Source of the DNA: Mobula hypostoma
Lineage: Eukaryota
DNA: 64,000 nucleotides
Reading direction: 5' to 3'
Assembly (NCBI RefSeq): GCF_963921235.1
Contig: NC_086097.1
Coordinates: 158,288,001 to 158,352,000 of the forward strand
The notes under the pieces: model-generated
What the model was told of the DNA's origin: nothing
Database searches by the model: none
What the model saw: the letters and a program-made list of their open reading frames with translations, nothing else
Shown: positions 37,790 through 49,108 of the stretch, one piece after another
Layout of the letters: each line of letters opens with the position of its first letter
How positions within the stretch are numbered: the first letter of the stretch is position 1
Made by a program: the position numbers and the translations under genes

Positions 37790-38910
37790 AAGTATCTGTT
37801 GAAGAGGAACAGAGGGAGCTTGGGGTCTTTCATAGTTGCTGTGCTTAAGAATATGTATAAGGTGCTTAGGAAGGCATATGGTGCTGGCCTTCATCAGTTG
37901 GGGAGATGGAGTTCAAGAGCTGAAAGTTAATATAGCTCCAAACTTGGAGCACACATTTGGAATTTTGTGTTCATTTCTGGTCACTTCATAGGAAGGATGA
38001 GGAATCTTCAGGGAAGGTACAGACGAGATTTACCTGATGTTGCCTGAATTACAGAGCATTTCATATTAGGTAAGGGCTGTTGTCTTTGGAGCAAAGGGGG
38101 AGGAGAGGTGACTTGATAGAGGTACATACGATAAGAGTCATAGATAGAATGGACAGTCAGCATCCTTTTCCCAGGAATGCAGAAATGTTGGACATCATTT
38201 TAAAGTGATTGTAGGAGAGGATAGGGGGATGTTACAACTAGTTTTTATTGTACACAGAGAGACAGGTGATTTGGAAGGTGTTGACAGGGGTGATGAAGCA
38301 GATATATTAGGGACATTTAAGAAACTCTTGGATAGACAAATGGATGAAAGAGAAATTGCAGGCTATGTGGTTGTCGACTATGATGCCGGGAATGAAGGGA
38401 GTAACATATGAGGAGCGTTTGGCAGCTTTGGGCTTGTACTCACCAAGTTTAGAAGAATGTGGGTGGAGGGGGAACCTCATTGAAATCTACTGATGTTTCC
38501 TATGGTGGAGCTATCCAGAACTAGAGAGCAGAGTCTCAAAATTGAGGGGCGATCCCTTAGAACAGAGGTAAGGAAGATTTTTTTTTTAGCCAGAGAGTAG
38601 TTTATCTGTGGAATGCTCTGCCACAGACTGTGGTGGAGGCCAAGTCCATGCAGAAGTTGATCATTTCCTGATTGGTCAGGCATCAAAGGATATGGTGGGA
38701 ATGCAGGAGTATGGGGTTGAATGGGATCTGGGATCAGCCATGATGGAATGGTGGAGCAGGTTCGATGGACTGAATGGCCTAATTCTGCTCCTATGTCTTA
38801 TGGTCTTATGGCCTTATGGAAGGGAAGGATTAGATTCATTTTGGAGTAGGTTAAAAGCTCGGCAGAATGTTGTGGACCAGAATGCCTGTACTTTGCTGTA
38901 CTGTTTTTTG
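37790..38910 (+). mobile_element. Two nested degenerate CR1 3' fragments
   Basis: FWS.H.RKD- and FKKLLDR-like pieces. A second CR1 end at ~38378-38815 interrupts the 3' UTR of the first. Confidence 0.7.
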
Positions 38911-41798
38911 TTCTCTGTTTGGGAACTATCATATGTGAAGAGAGAATCTGGAAGGCAAGCACGGGCTTTCAGAACTCACAATGAGAGTTTGACTTTTTTA
39001 TTAAACTTGACTTGAGTAGCACACACAATTGTACATCATGGAAGCTTGAAGCAGTGGTCGTTGGTTGAATACTAAACAGAAATTAGTGCAGGCACCCTGA
39101 CAGCTTTTAATCTATGTTCATGAGTTGGATACAGAAAAGTAGCTGTAAATTAACTGTGGATACAGAAGTATCAAAAGTACAGAGGTATAGATAGCATTGA
39201 GGATGAAAATGCAGCTAAAAACTGCAAAAGAATATGCAGCGGTTAAACAACTGGCAAAGCAAATGAATTATAGCATTAATAAATTGTAAGCTATACTTCA
39301 GAAATTGAAAAACTGTGGGACATAAATATATAATGAATGGAACAGAATTAGCACAAAGATACTTAAAAAAAGACAGTACTCATACTGCATGGCAGTTTGA
39401 TTTAGAACCATAATAGAATGCTTGGATATATAGACAGAATAGTAGGATAAAACTAACAAAATGTATTACAACATCTTACAAAGCTCTGCTTAGAATACAG
39501 CAGACTTACAGTTTTGGTCAAAACATCCAAAGAAGATATGTTTGCCTTGGTCAGTGTATTAATCCAATGAAGCTAAAAAAATTGTCAGAATACCATCAAA
39601 ATACAACTGGATGAGATAATGGGAATATTAGGCTGGAGAATTAGACCATTTGTCTCAGTGTGTCTGTGCCTGTCCTGGAATCCTATTAAACCAATCTATT
39701 CTAATATTTATGTCAGTATGGCACAGCTGGCAGCAGTGCTTTGTGTTGGAAGGTTGTAGCAGAAAGTTCGATGCTGGCTTCAGCACATTACCAGGGAACC
39801 CGTTGATTCCACCCTTGCCATAAATCTACTGTTGCAGCCTTGTTTCTAACTGCTATATTGTTAAGTATCTGAGGCTGAACCAAACTCTTTGTAACCTTGG
39901 TATTCTGTTTAACTTTGAATTGAGCTTTAGACTTGGGTTCTCTAGATTACCAAAACTGGGACCTTCAATGAAATATTACAGTTTATCTTTGGTCAAGTCT
40001 CTACCATCCATCACTCCATGAGTAATGCCATATCTACCCTCAGAGTCCAGTTCCTTTAATTAGCGAGAAATGGGGTTGTTTGTGGGATCGCGCCCCATCT
40101 CTAAGCTTCTAGGTTTGTGGCTGCTCGCCTCCTGGAATCTTCTCGGAGACAGCAAAGCGTCAGGTTGTCAGTGATCAAACTGTAGATTACAGTTTCTAAC
40201 AGAAACACACTTAAATTAAAAAGAAGACATAGAAGAAGTGAAAGACACAGTTTTGTGAACTATCTGGAAGATGTCGCCCGAGGTAGTGTTGTTCATTAGT
40301 TCCATCTTGGAGGGGATCTTTTGCAGAGGCAACATCTTTCCAGTCTCTCATTTATAGAGACAAAATTTGTTGACTAGTGTGACTACTCCTTCAAACAATA
40401 TGTAATGTTCCTGTTACATGCAAACTATTTATTCAGCTTTGTTTAACTTGTTCCTCAGGACATGTCCTTACCTTTATTCCCAGACTATGTGGTGCAGCTT
40501 GAGGTGTATTTTGTGCATGACCTATTTGGTTATTCATGACTAAACTTGATGGATCTACGTCAAATGAGGACGTTAGGGTCAGCTCTAGCCCTTGGAATGG
40601 CACTTCATACTTGCACCTTCAAGACAGAAATGAAAATTCTTCAAATTAATTTAGTATTATTCTCTAAAGCACAATTAAAATAAATCTTAATGCTGATAGT
40701 AGTGAGTGGCTACAGTCCTTGGGCTCCATGTAGTTTATGGTTTTCTAATAATCCTTGGAAAGTACCCTGTCAGGATTCACTGAAGAGAAGTGAGAAGTAT
40801 TGTTTGGATGACATCATGTACAATATGTGGTGGCAGATTCAGAGAGTCCTTACTAACAGTAAGCTCTTAACACTGGTGAGTTCTGCAATATTAATCAATG
40901 AAGGATCAGTACAACTCGGCCTGTTGGCAGGAAAAGTCAACTATTTTATCCAGAATGTTTGAGTAATAGCTAATTTTAAGAAAAGATGCTATTCCTTCCC
41001 AAGTTTGGGAGAATTAAGAAACAAATGTTGGTCTACCAAAACACTTAATGGTGTCACGAAAAGCTCATTATAAAATTATATTTACCATTTTTATATTGTG
41101 CAAATGTGCTACTTCACGGAAAGAAGACAGATACACAAGAGAAGATGAGTGCCATCAATGTTGTATCTTCCTATTGCTTACTATTGCTTCCTGGACTGTT
41201 TCATGCTAATATTACCCAGAATTCATTCTCGGTATCATCACGGATTATCAGTAACCACATTTGCATTATTCTGGTTTTGAATGTGCTTCACAGTTATAGA
41301 TGATTCCTTTCTGTGCCACAGATACTGGCAGATGTCAATAGTTATCACAAAGGCACTTCTGCTGAAAATTACCAGATAATACGGTATGTCCAGTCCTGAT
41401 GGTATTCCCCTCCAGAGATGCTGCCTGACTTGCTGAGTTCCTCTAGAAGTTTTGTGCGCTTTGCTCTAGATTTCCAGCATCTGCAGAATATATTGTGTTC
41501 AACATTCTATGAAGAGTTTAAAGAACAATTAGCAATATTCACCAACAATGAGAAATACAGGGTGGTGAGAACAATAATCATGAAAAGACATTTATTCAAA
41601 ATTGATGCAAAAGTGATTGAAATCTTCCAAGTTGTATTAATGTCTTCATCTCTTCCCTTACTATAAGTTGCCTAATCATATTGCAAGTAAAAACTGACAT
41701 CTATCATTCAGTTACTGAGGAAAAACCTTCCTCGACAGAAATGAGATTTTCTTTGATTTCTATTTGGCAGTTCTTAAGTTTTGAATTAATCAGGTGAG

Positions 41799-42761
41799 TG
41801 TAACCCAGGTTAATTAAACCCAAAGTTGTAATGTTAGCAATTTCTACTTGCAGAGGGATGAAAACGAGGTTTACTGATATATATAAAAAAGGAGAATTTG
41901 AAAAAAAACACTATGCGGGGGTGGGGCAGGCTGAACACAGGATGGGCAGAGGGAGAAATACAGTAGCAATTCGAAGCTGAAGACATGTACTGTTAAGAGT
42001 GGAATTAGAAGTGAGTACCTTTACCAAGAAACATGATGGTGAGCCACCCAAGGTGAAGAACCAGCGCGGGAACAAAATGTGTAATGATGCAGAGCATTTA
42101 ATACAGTTGGATGTATAAGTTTATTTTCATTCGAAGAATTTGAATTTGATTTTCTGCAAGAACTGATTATTTTTGCAACAACTTTAATTAGTTACTGAAT
42201 GAGATTTACTTTGTTTAAGAGTTGTGATGTTGGAGAATTGGCATGAAAGGAGTTAAACTGTGTATGTATAATTTTTGAATTCCAATTTATACTGCCTTGA
42301 ACTGAAACTGAAGTTAACTATAATACTTGGGAATAAGAATTGTATTTCGTTTTCTAACTAACTAGGGATAAGTGAAAAAGGAGGTATAGTCTGTAAACTT
42401 TGAAATAGGGAATAACACTAGATCTATTTAGTTAGAGAAATTGGAGTAACAAAGGGTATTCTAATGAGTATCACTGATTCTAATTAAAAAGGAATTTTTG
42501 TGGTTTGATATCTAAGATTTGGAACCTAAACAGAATGTTGGAATTTTGAATTGTCTTTTGCTTATGTAATTATTTTGTACATATTGTTTCTTTTCTTATA
42601 AACAAAACTTTATTTCCAGAAGTATGTGGTTCCTATTCACTGCCTCCTTCCAATACCTAGAACCTTCTTAAGGCCTATTAGCACCTAGTGTAATTTGATT
42701 TTCTCAAAAGAGTGTGACGACTAGTCACACGTGATAAGACCGGTGCTACACAGGTGTTACA
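41799..42761. mobile_element. Solo LTR (963 bp)
   Basis: Termini TGTAAC...GTTACA are inverted repeats. 4-bp TSD TGAG (41795-41798, 42762-42765). No coding content. Confidence 0.8.
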
Positions 42762-43512
42762 TGAGTCTTTTCTCAATAACTGATCAATGATGCAAACCTT
42801 CTAGTTACTGTCTCCGCCACGTACAGTTCATGTCTCAGTCTGCAATACACATCTGCAATTTTAAAGATCATTTTATGTATTGAATTAACTTTATATATTG
42901 CTTACTTTTAAAATTTAATTTTAATACTGATAATTTTATGTTGTTTTAATGTCAGGTATGTTTTAATACAAAATTATTGACATCTGTGTTGCAGCATTGC
43001 CTTTTATCAAACTTTTAGGAGTGTTATATGTATAGGAGCTGTGCATTACATTGCAGAGTCTGAATCATGTGGACTTTATCACCAGACCCTAAGGAGTAGA
43101 AGGCAGGTAAGATTGGCTCTGGTGTATGTAGGTATGCAAAGGCCCTAAGCCAGTCCTTTCCAGGATTGCACAATTTCTGCATGAATCTCCAGATACACAT
43201 TTTTTCTTGAGGCTGTACAGTGTGTAACACCTGCTTATAGCTGGGTCCATGAGGTATAAACCTCTTAATCAGGAATTTGATTAGTCTTCACTGTTAAAGA
43301 CCAGCTTGAAGAATTTGTTTCATGTGTCATCTCCTGGGCATCCTGGTGAGATCGAATCTTAATTATAATAAATAAACAGGAATTTCTTTGGTAAAACAGC
43401 AACTTAAATGCTTCGGAATCAGCTCCTTGTTGACAAATTCCATGGGATAATTGTTTTATATAAAAATTTTAGCAGTTTACCTGAGCCTCTGATCTAAGCC
43501 AAGTAGCCAAGT

Positions 43513-43529
43513 TTATATATACATATGTA

Positions 43530-43572
<43 letters not shown>
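43513..43572. repeat. (TG)n(TA)n microsatellite
   Basis: Directly visible. Confidence 0.95.
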
Positions 43573-44544
43573 CCATCCCTATTTCAGTGTCATCTCTATT
43601 CCACTTTTGACCATGAGCAAATGAATATTGCCCTTCTCTGAAGTCTGTTACAGCAGCAGATGTTTGTAACAGCATAGCACAACAGTGGCAGACTTAAGAT
43701 GCAATGGCAAGCTGCTTTACAGGGAAATTAGATCACACAGAAATTGTCCAGTAAACGGATCCAGCTAAGAAAGTAAGAAAGATGTATCTCATTATGGAAG
43801 TTATTCTTGTGTGTTAATGAGTCCTGCCAGACCCAACCAGGTGTTGGGATTGTGTTTGTTTGGCATTTAGCAAATTACTATTTAATCATCTCTTTCTCTT
43901 GGTGCATTTTTATTCTTGTGAAGTATAATTGTTTTCCTTAACGTGCTGTCTAAGCCAGTATGACTTGAATTTTAATTTTAAGACATTGGTTGGAGCTGTC
44001 CAGGAAATTGGAAATGCGATCCAATCAGAAAGCAAAATGTCCTCAAGATTGGTGGTGCACTGAGCACTGTCTTTCACCATTCACTTCTCACTGTCGGTGT
44101 GATGATGCAAGTACTGCACTCGGCAACGTAACAACGAACAATAACTAGATCAGCTGCATAATAACTTGTAGTGAAGAACACAATGCAGCAACCATTACAT
44201 CAGGCTGGTGGCAGTGTGAGACAATTATTTCATACTTAAGTGAAAAGAAGATTAATGCTCACTTATATTGGTGCCCTCATATCTGCTGCTGTTAATATTT
44301 AGATTTGAGCCTTTGTAGTTACAGAAAGCTTTTTCATTTGTGTTTACTGTCAGCCCTGAGTCAGGTGGAGCCATAATGCTCCTAGCATCGAAAACTGCTT
44401 GACAGGTATTATCACTCTATCTGCAATTTTGTAGAAATTCAATAAGACCACATCTGGGGTATCATGTAGTTTTGGTCCTTAAAAAAAAAACCTTTTCAAA
44501 AAAATGTGTGCAATTGCATTAGAGGGAGTGCAATGAATCAGAAT

Positions 44545-44880
44545 CAGATTTATTATCACTGGCTCAGATGATGTGAAATTTGTTTTGTAGTACACTGCAA
44601 AGGCATGAAATTACTATAAGTTACAAAAAAAATGGAATAATGAGGTGTGTTCATAGATTGTTCGGAAATCTGATTGTGTATAGTAGGAATCTGTTTCTGA
44701 ATTGTTGAGTGTGGGTGTTCAGGATCCTCTTTCTCCTCCCTGATGGTAGTAATCTCTTCTCGATGGGAGTAACAACACGAGGGCACCTCCTGGATAGTGA
44801 TGGATGCAGTGTTCTTGATGCACGCCTCTTGAAGATGTCCTTGGTGGAAGGGAGGGTAGCTGGGATGGCAGGTTTGTTGT
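44545..44880 (-). mobile_element. Rex1/Babar-type 3' fragment
   Basis: ORF 44651-44911 (LLPSGRRKRILNTHTQQFRNRF...TIR) and a gaatca-repeat tail. Confidence 0.7.
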
Positions 44881-45153
44881 ATGAACAATCCAAAATTCTT
44901 ACGGGCCTCAATCAGTTGGATGCAGAGAGGATATTTTTGGTTGTAGGGTGTAGAGCCAGGCCTCACGTTTACAGGGTGAGAGGTAAGCAATTTAGAACTG
45001 AGATGAGAAGAAAATGGTGAATTTAAAAAAACAATTACAGATGCTGGAAACCTAAAGTCAAAGTACCACAGAGCAGGCAGCAGGCAGCATCTGAGGAAAG
45101 AATTGGAGCTTCTCCTTCCACAGATGCTGCCTAACTCACTGAGTGTTTCCAGT

Positions 45154-45189
45154 AGTCCTGACGAAGGGTCTCGGCCTGAAACGTCGACT
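45154..45189 (+). ncRNA. Minimal type I hammerhead ribozyme motif (intact core)
   Basis: AGUC-CUGACGA-A-GGGUCUCGGCCU-GAAA-CGUC^GACU. Predicted cleavage after 45185. Confidence 0.8.
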
Positions 45190-45251
45190 GTACCTCTTCC
45201 TAGAGATGCTGCCTGGCCTGTTGCGTTCACCAGCAACTTTGATGTGTGTTT
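45155..45251 (+). mobile_element. 97-bp Penelope-like insertion starting at the hammerhead
   Basis: TSD AGTGTTTC(C/T)AGTA (45142-45154, 45252-45264). Inserted in an older Penelope-tail remnant that itself lies in a CR1 end. Confidence 0.85.
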
Positions 45252-46526
45252 AGTGTTTCTAGTATCTGTTTTTTTTTTAAACGAGGGGAAATTTCTTCAC
45301 TCTGGTTGGTAAACCTGTGGAATATTCTATTGTAGTATGCTGCAAAGACCTTGTCATTGATTTCATTCAAGGGTGAATAGATTTTTGGATATAAGGGGAA
45401 TCACGGGGGTGGAACAGTGAGGAAAATGATACTGAGACAGAAGATCAGCACAATCCTGATGAGTGGCAGAACAGGCTGGAAGGATCCAATAATTTACCAC
45501 TGCTTCTAATTTGTATGGTCTTACCTTTGACACTTGTGTCCTCTGATTTCTATTATTTGTATCTCCCATTAATTTGAGCCACTGTACAGATGTTTAGATC
45601 TAAGGTCTTTAGACTAAATAGCTCATTTTCTATCTGCAGAATTTGGAAAGTGTTTCTGACAGACCATGAGCGAGAGGGGTTTAGAGGTGCTATCAGCTCC
45701 AATGTTTATGCTGTGTCTGTTTATCAAATATGAAAGGTTTTATTTTTCATTTACAACCAAAACTGCATCTAAACCAGAACAAATGATATTGTGAAATTGA
45801 AAGCCTTGAATCTTGGCTAGTGCAAGGCACAGCAAGCAGCCCATGTATTTCCCTATGTGGATTGAAAATGAGCAAAGCTAAGCCTCTCCAAATCTTTCAA
45901 GCAATTAAGTCAGAAGAATATCATCTTCAAATGCATGGAAGAATATCATCTTTTTGGTGGCAAAGGGCAAAATAATAGCCAATATAATAAAGGTAAAATA
46001 ATTAAAGAACAAAACTAATTTGGATGATGATCAGAATCAGGTTTATTATCACTGACTTGTATGAAGGGTAACTTTTTGTTCTGTGGCGGCAGTGCCAAGC
46101 AAGACATAAAATTACTATAAATTACAGAAAAGAGTATATAGTGCAAAAATAGGAATAATGAGGTAGTGTTCATGGATCATTCAGAAAACTGATGGTGGAA
46201 GGGAAGAAGAAGCTGTTGCTGAATCATTGAGATTCAGATTCCTACACTACCACCCTGATGCTAAGGCAAAGAATCCCGAATAGCATTGTATCTTGAATCC
46301 ATGTCATTGAAGTGGCTTTGCAGTTACTGATGGAATATTGTGACTGTTGTTGCACATTTTGCGTCATTCATGTGGAAATGGGTGAAGAGAGACAGAAGAA
46401 TATTGACTGGGATGGACTAATGTACATGATTCCTGACTCCTCCCAGAGCTTAAAGGTATTGCATAGTTACATTAGTACTATTTGGCATCTGCGGTTGTCT
46501 ACAGGTGTAGATGTGGTTACGTTTAG

Positions 46527-46735
46527 GACAGCACAGTGGTGCTACTAGTGGAGACAGTGCCTTACAGCTTCAACACCCTGGGTTCGATCCTGACCCCCAG
46601 TGCTGACGGTGTGAAGTTTGCATTTTTTCTCTGAAGCAAGTAACTCTCCTTTGGCTGTTCTGGTTTCCTCCTACATCTCAAAAACATACAGGCTGGTAGG
46701 TTAATTGGGCACTCTGAATTGATGATAGTGTGAGT
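46527..46735 (+). mobile_element. HE1/V-SINE-like SINE
   Basis: gcacagtgg A-box-like, gggttcgatcc B-box, ggtttcctcc.acat core. Confidence 0.7.
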
Positions 46736-47059
46736 GATAGAATCTGGTTGACTGGTGGATTTTGCGGGGAGAAGGAGCAGTTGATGGTAATGCAGAATAG
46801 ATTATGTGAATTACTGTAAAACTCGTAAAATTGGCTGCTAGATTGATTGGCCTTGGGTTGAGTGGCGCATTTCCATGCAATATGTGAAGTACTTTGGGGA
46901 TATCCTGAAGGTGTTCGGTGCCTTAATAAATAAACAGAAATGCTTTACTGCTTTACTGATGATTAACTGACCTAGAAAAGAAGTCTCCAAATTATTGCAA
47001 CATACATCAAAGTTGCTGGTGAACGCAGCAGGCCAAGCAACATCTATAGGAAGAGGCGC

Positions 47060-47095
47060 AGTCGACGTTTCAGGCCGAGACCCTTCGTCAGGACT
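47060..47095 (-). ncRNA. Minimal hammerhead ribozyme motif in the inverted arm
   Basis: Reverse complement of the motif at 49073-49108. Confidence 0.8.
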
Positions 47096-47410
47096 AACTG
47101 AAGGAAGAGTGAGTAAGGGATTTGAAAGCTGGAGGGGGAGGGGGAGATGCAAAATGATAGGAGAAGACAGGAGGGGGAGGGATAGAGCCGAGAGCTGGAC
47201 AGGTGATAGGCAAAAGGGGATACGAGAGGATCATGGGACAGGAGGTCCGGGAAGAAAGACGGGGGGGGGGTGACCCAGAGGATGGGCAAGAGGTATATTC
47301 AGAGGGACAGAGGGAGAAAAAGGAGAGTGAGAGAAAGAATGTGTGCATAAAAATGAGTAACAGCTGGGGTACGAGGGGGAGGTGGGGCCTAGCGGAAGTT
47401 AGAGAAGTCA

Positions 47411-48778
47411 ATGTTCATGGATGTCCAGTCCTTGTATACTTCCATCCCCCATCAGGAAGGTCTCAAAGCTCTACGCTTCTTTTTGGATTCCAGACCTAAT
47501 CAGTTCCCCTCTACCACCACTCTGCTCCGTCTAGTGGAATTAGTCCTTACTCTTAATAATTTCTCCTTTTGCTTCTCCCATTTCCTCCAAACTAAAGGTG
47601 TAGCTATGGGTACCCGTATGGGTCCTAGCTATGCCTGCCTTTTTGTTGGGTTTGTGGAACAATCTATGTTCCGTGCCTATTCTGGTATCTGTCCCCCACT
47701 TTTCCTTCGCTATATCGACGACTGCATTGGCGCTGCTTCCTGCACGCATGCAGAACTCGTTGACTTTATTAACTTTGCCTCCAACTTTCACCCTGCCCTC
47801 AAGTTTACCTGGTCCATTTCCGACACCTCCCTCCCCTTTCTAGATCTTTCTGTCTCTGTCTCTGGAGACAGCTTATCCACTGATGTCTACTATAAGCCTA
47901 CTGACTCTCACAGCTATCTGGACTATTCCTCTTCTCACCCTGTCTCTTGCAAAAACGCCATCCCCTTCTCGCAATTCCTCCGTCTCCGCCGCATCTGCTC
48001 TCAGGATGAGGCTTTTCATTCTAGGACGAGGGAGATGTCTTCATTTTTGAAAGAAAGGGGCTTCCCTTCCTCCACTATCAACTCTGCTCTTAAACGCATC
48101 TCCTCCATTTCACGTACATCTGCTCTCACTCCATCCTCCCACCACCCCACTAGGAATAGGGTTCCCCTGGTCCTCACCTACCACCCCACCAGCCTCCGGG
48201 TCCAACATATTATTCTCCGTAACTTCCGCCACCTCCAACGGGATCCCACCACTAAGCACATCTTTCCCTCCCCCCCTCTCTCTGCATTCCGCAGGGATCG
48301 CTCCCTACACAACTCCCTTGTCCATTCGTCCCCCCCATCCCTCCCCACTGATCTCCCTCCTGGCACTTATCCGTGTAAGCGGAACAAGTGCTACACATGC
48401 CCTTACACTTCCTCCCTCACCACCATTCAGGGCCCCAAACAGTCCTTCCAGGTGAGGCATCACTTCACCTGTGAGTCGACTGGGGTGATATACTGCGTCC
48501 GGTGCTCCCGATGTGGCCTTTTATATATTGGTGAGACCCGACGCAGACTGGGAGACCGCTTTGCTGAACATCTACGCTCTGTCCGCCAGAGAAAGCAGGA
48601 TCTCCCAGTGGCCACACATTTTAATTCCACATCCCATTCCCATTCTGACATGTCTATCCATAGCCTCCTCTACTGTAAAGATGAAGCCACACTCAGGTTG
48701 GAGGAACAACACCTTATATTCCGTCTGGGTAGCCTCCAACCTGATGGCATGAACATTGACTTCTCTAACTTCCGCTAG
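47411..48778 (+). CDS. Penelope-type reverse transcriptase (N-terminally truncated) plus GIY-YIG endonuclease, uninterrupted 455 aa
   Basis: DVQSLYTSIP, QTKGVAMGTRMGPSYACLF, LRYIDD, LPFLDL, YYKPTD; Cys-rich linker; GVIYCVRCSRCGLLYIGETRRRLGDRFAEH; E..L..LQPDGMN. Confidence 0.93.
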   Translation: MFMDVQSLYTSIPHQEGLKALRFFLDSRPNQFPSTTTLLRLVELVLTLNNFSFCFSHFLQTKGVAMGTRMGPSYACLFVGFVEQSMFRAYSGICPPLFLRYIDDCIGAASCTHAELVDFINFASNFHPALKFTWSISDTSLPFLDLSVSVSGDSLSTDVYYKPTDSHSYLDYSSSHPVSCKNAIPFSQFLRLRRICSQDEAFHSRTREMSSFLKERGFPSSTINSALKRISSISRTSALTPSSHHPTRNRVPLVLTYHPTSLRVQHIILRNFRHLQRDPTTKHIFPSPPLSAFRRDRSLHNSLVHSSPPSLPTDLPPGTYPCKRNKCYTCPYTSSLTTIQGPKQSFQVRHHFTCESTGVIYCVRCSRCGLLYIGETRRRLGDRFAEHLRSVRQRKQDLPVATHFNSTSHSHSDMSIHSLLYCKDEATLRLEEQHLIFRLGSLQPDGMNIDFSNFR

Positions 48779-49072
48779 GCCCCACCTCCCCCTCGTACCC
48801 CAGCTGTTACTCATTTTTATGCACACATTCTTTCTCTCACTCTCCTTTTTCTCCCTCTGTCCCTCTGAATATACCTCTTGCCCATCCTCTGGATACCCCC
48901 CCCCCCCGTCTTTCTCCCTAGGCCTCCTGTCCCATGATCCTCTCGTATCCCCTTTTGCCTATCACCTGTCCAGCTCTCGGCTCTATCCCTCCCCCTCCTG
49001 TCTTCTCCTATCATTTTGCATCTCCCCCTCCCCCTCCAGCTTTCAAATCCCTTACTCACTCTTCCTTCAGTT

Positions 49073-49108
49073 AGTCCTGACGAAGGGTCTCGGCCTGAAA
49101 CGTCGACT
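49073..49108 (+). ncRNA. Minimal type I hammerhead ribozyme motif in the Penelope 3' region
   Basis: Stem I AGUC/GACU, core CUGACGA...GAAA, short stem II, palindromic ACGU stem III. Predicted cleavage after C49104. Confidence 0.82.

Noticed and set aside
41322..41383. Exon-like segment with acceptor and donor
   Set aside because: The phase-1 reading hits TAG after six codons and shows no syntaxin-like similarity.
44556..45236. 226-aa minus-strand ORF
   Set aside because: It crosses four unrelated nested repeats, so it is a chance open frame.
47240..47280. Cluster of mismatches between the otherwise near-identical Penelope arms
   Set aside because: It sits beside a G/C homopolymer in a hairpin-forming region. 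It may be a sequencing or assembly error and cannot be interpreted without reads.
14925..49108. Recurrent 36-nt motif as a CRISPR-like repeat
   Set aside because: Copies are dispersed, on both strands and always inside Penelope ends, with no spacer array, in a eukaryotic context.
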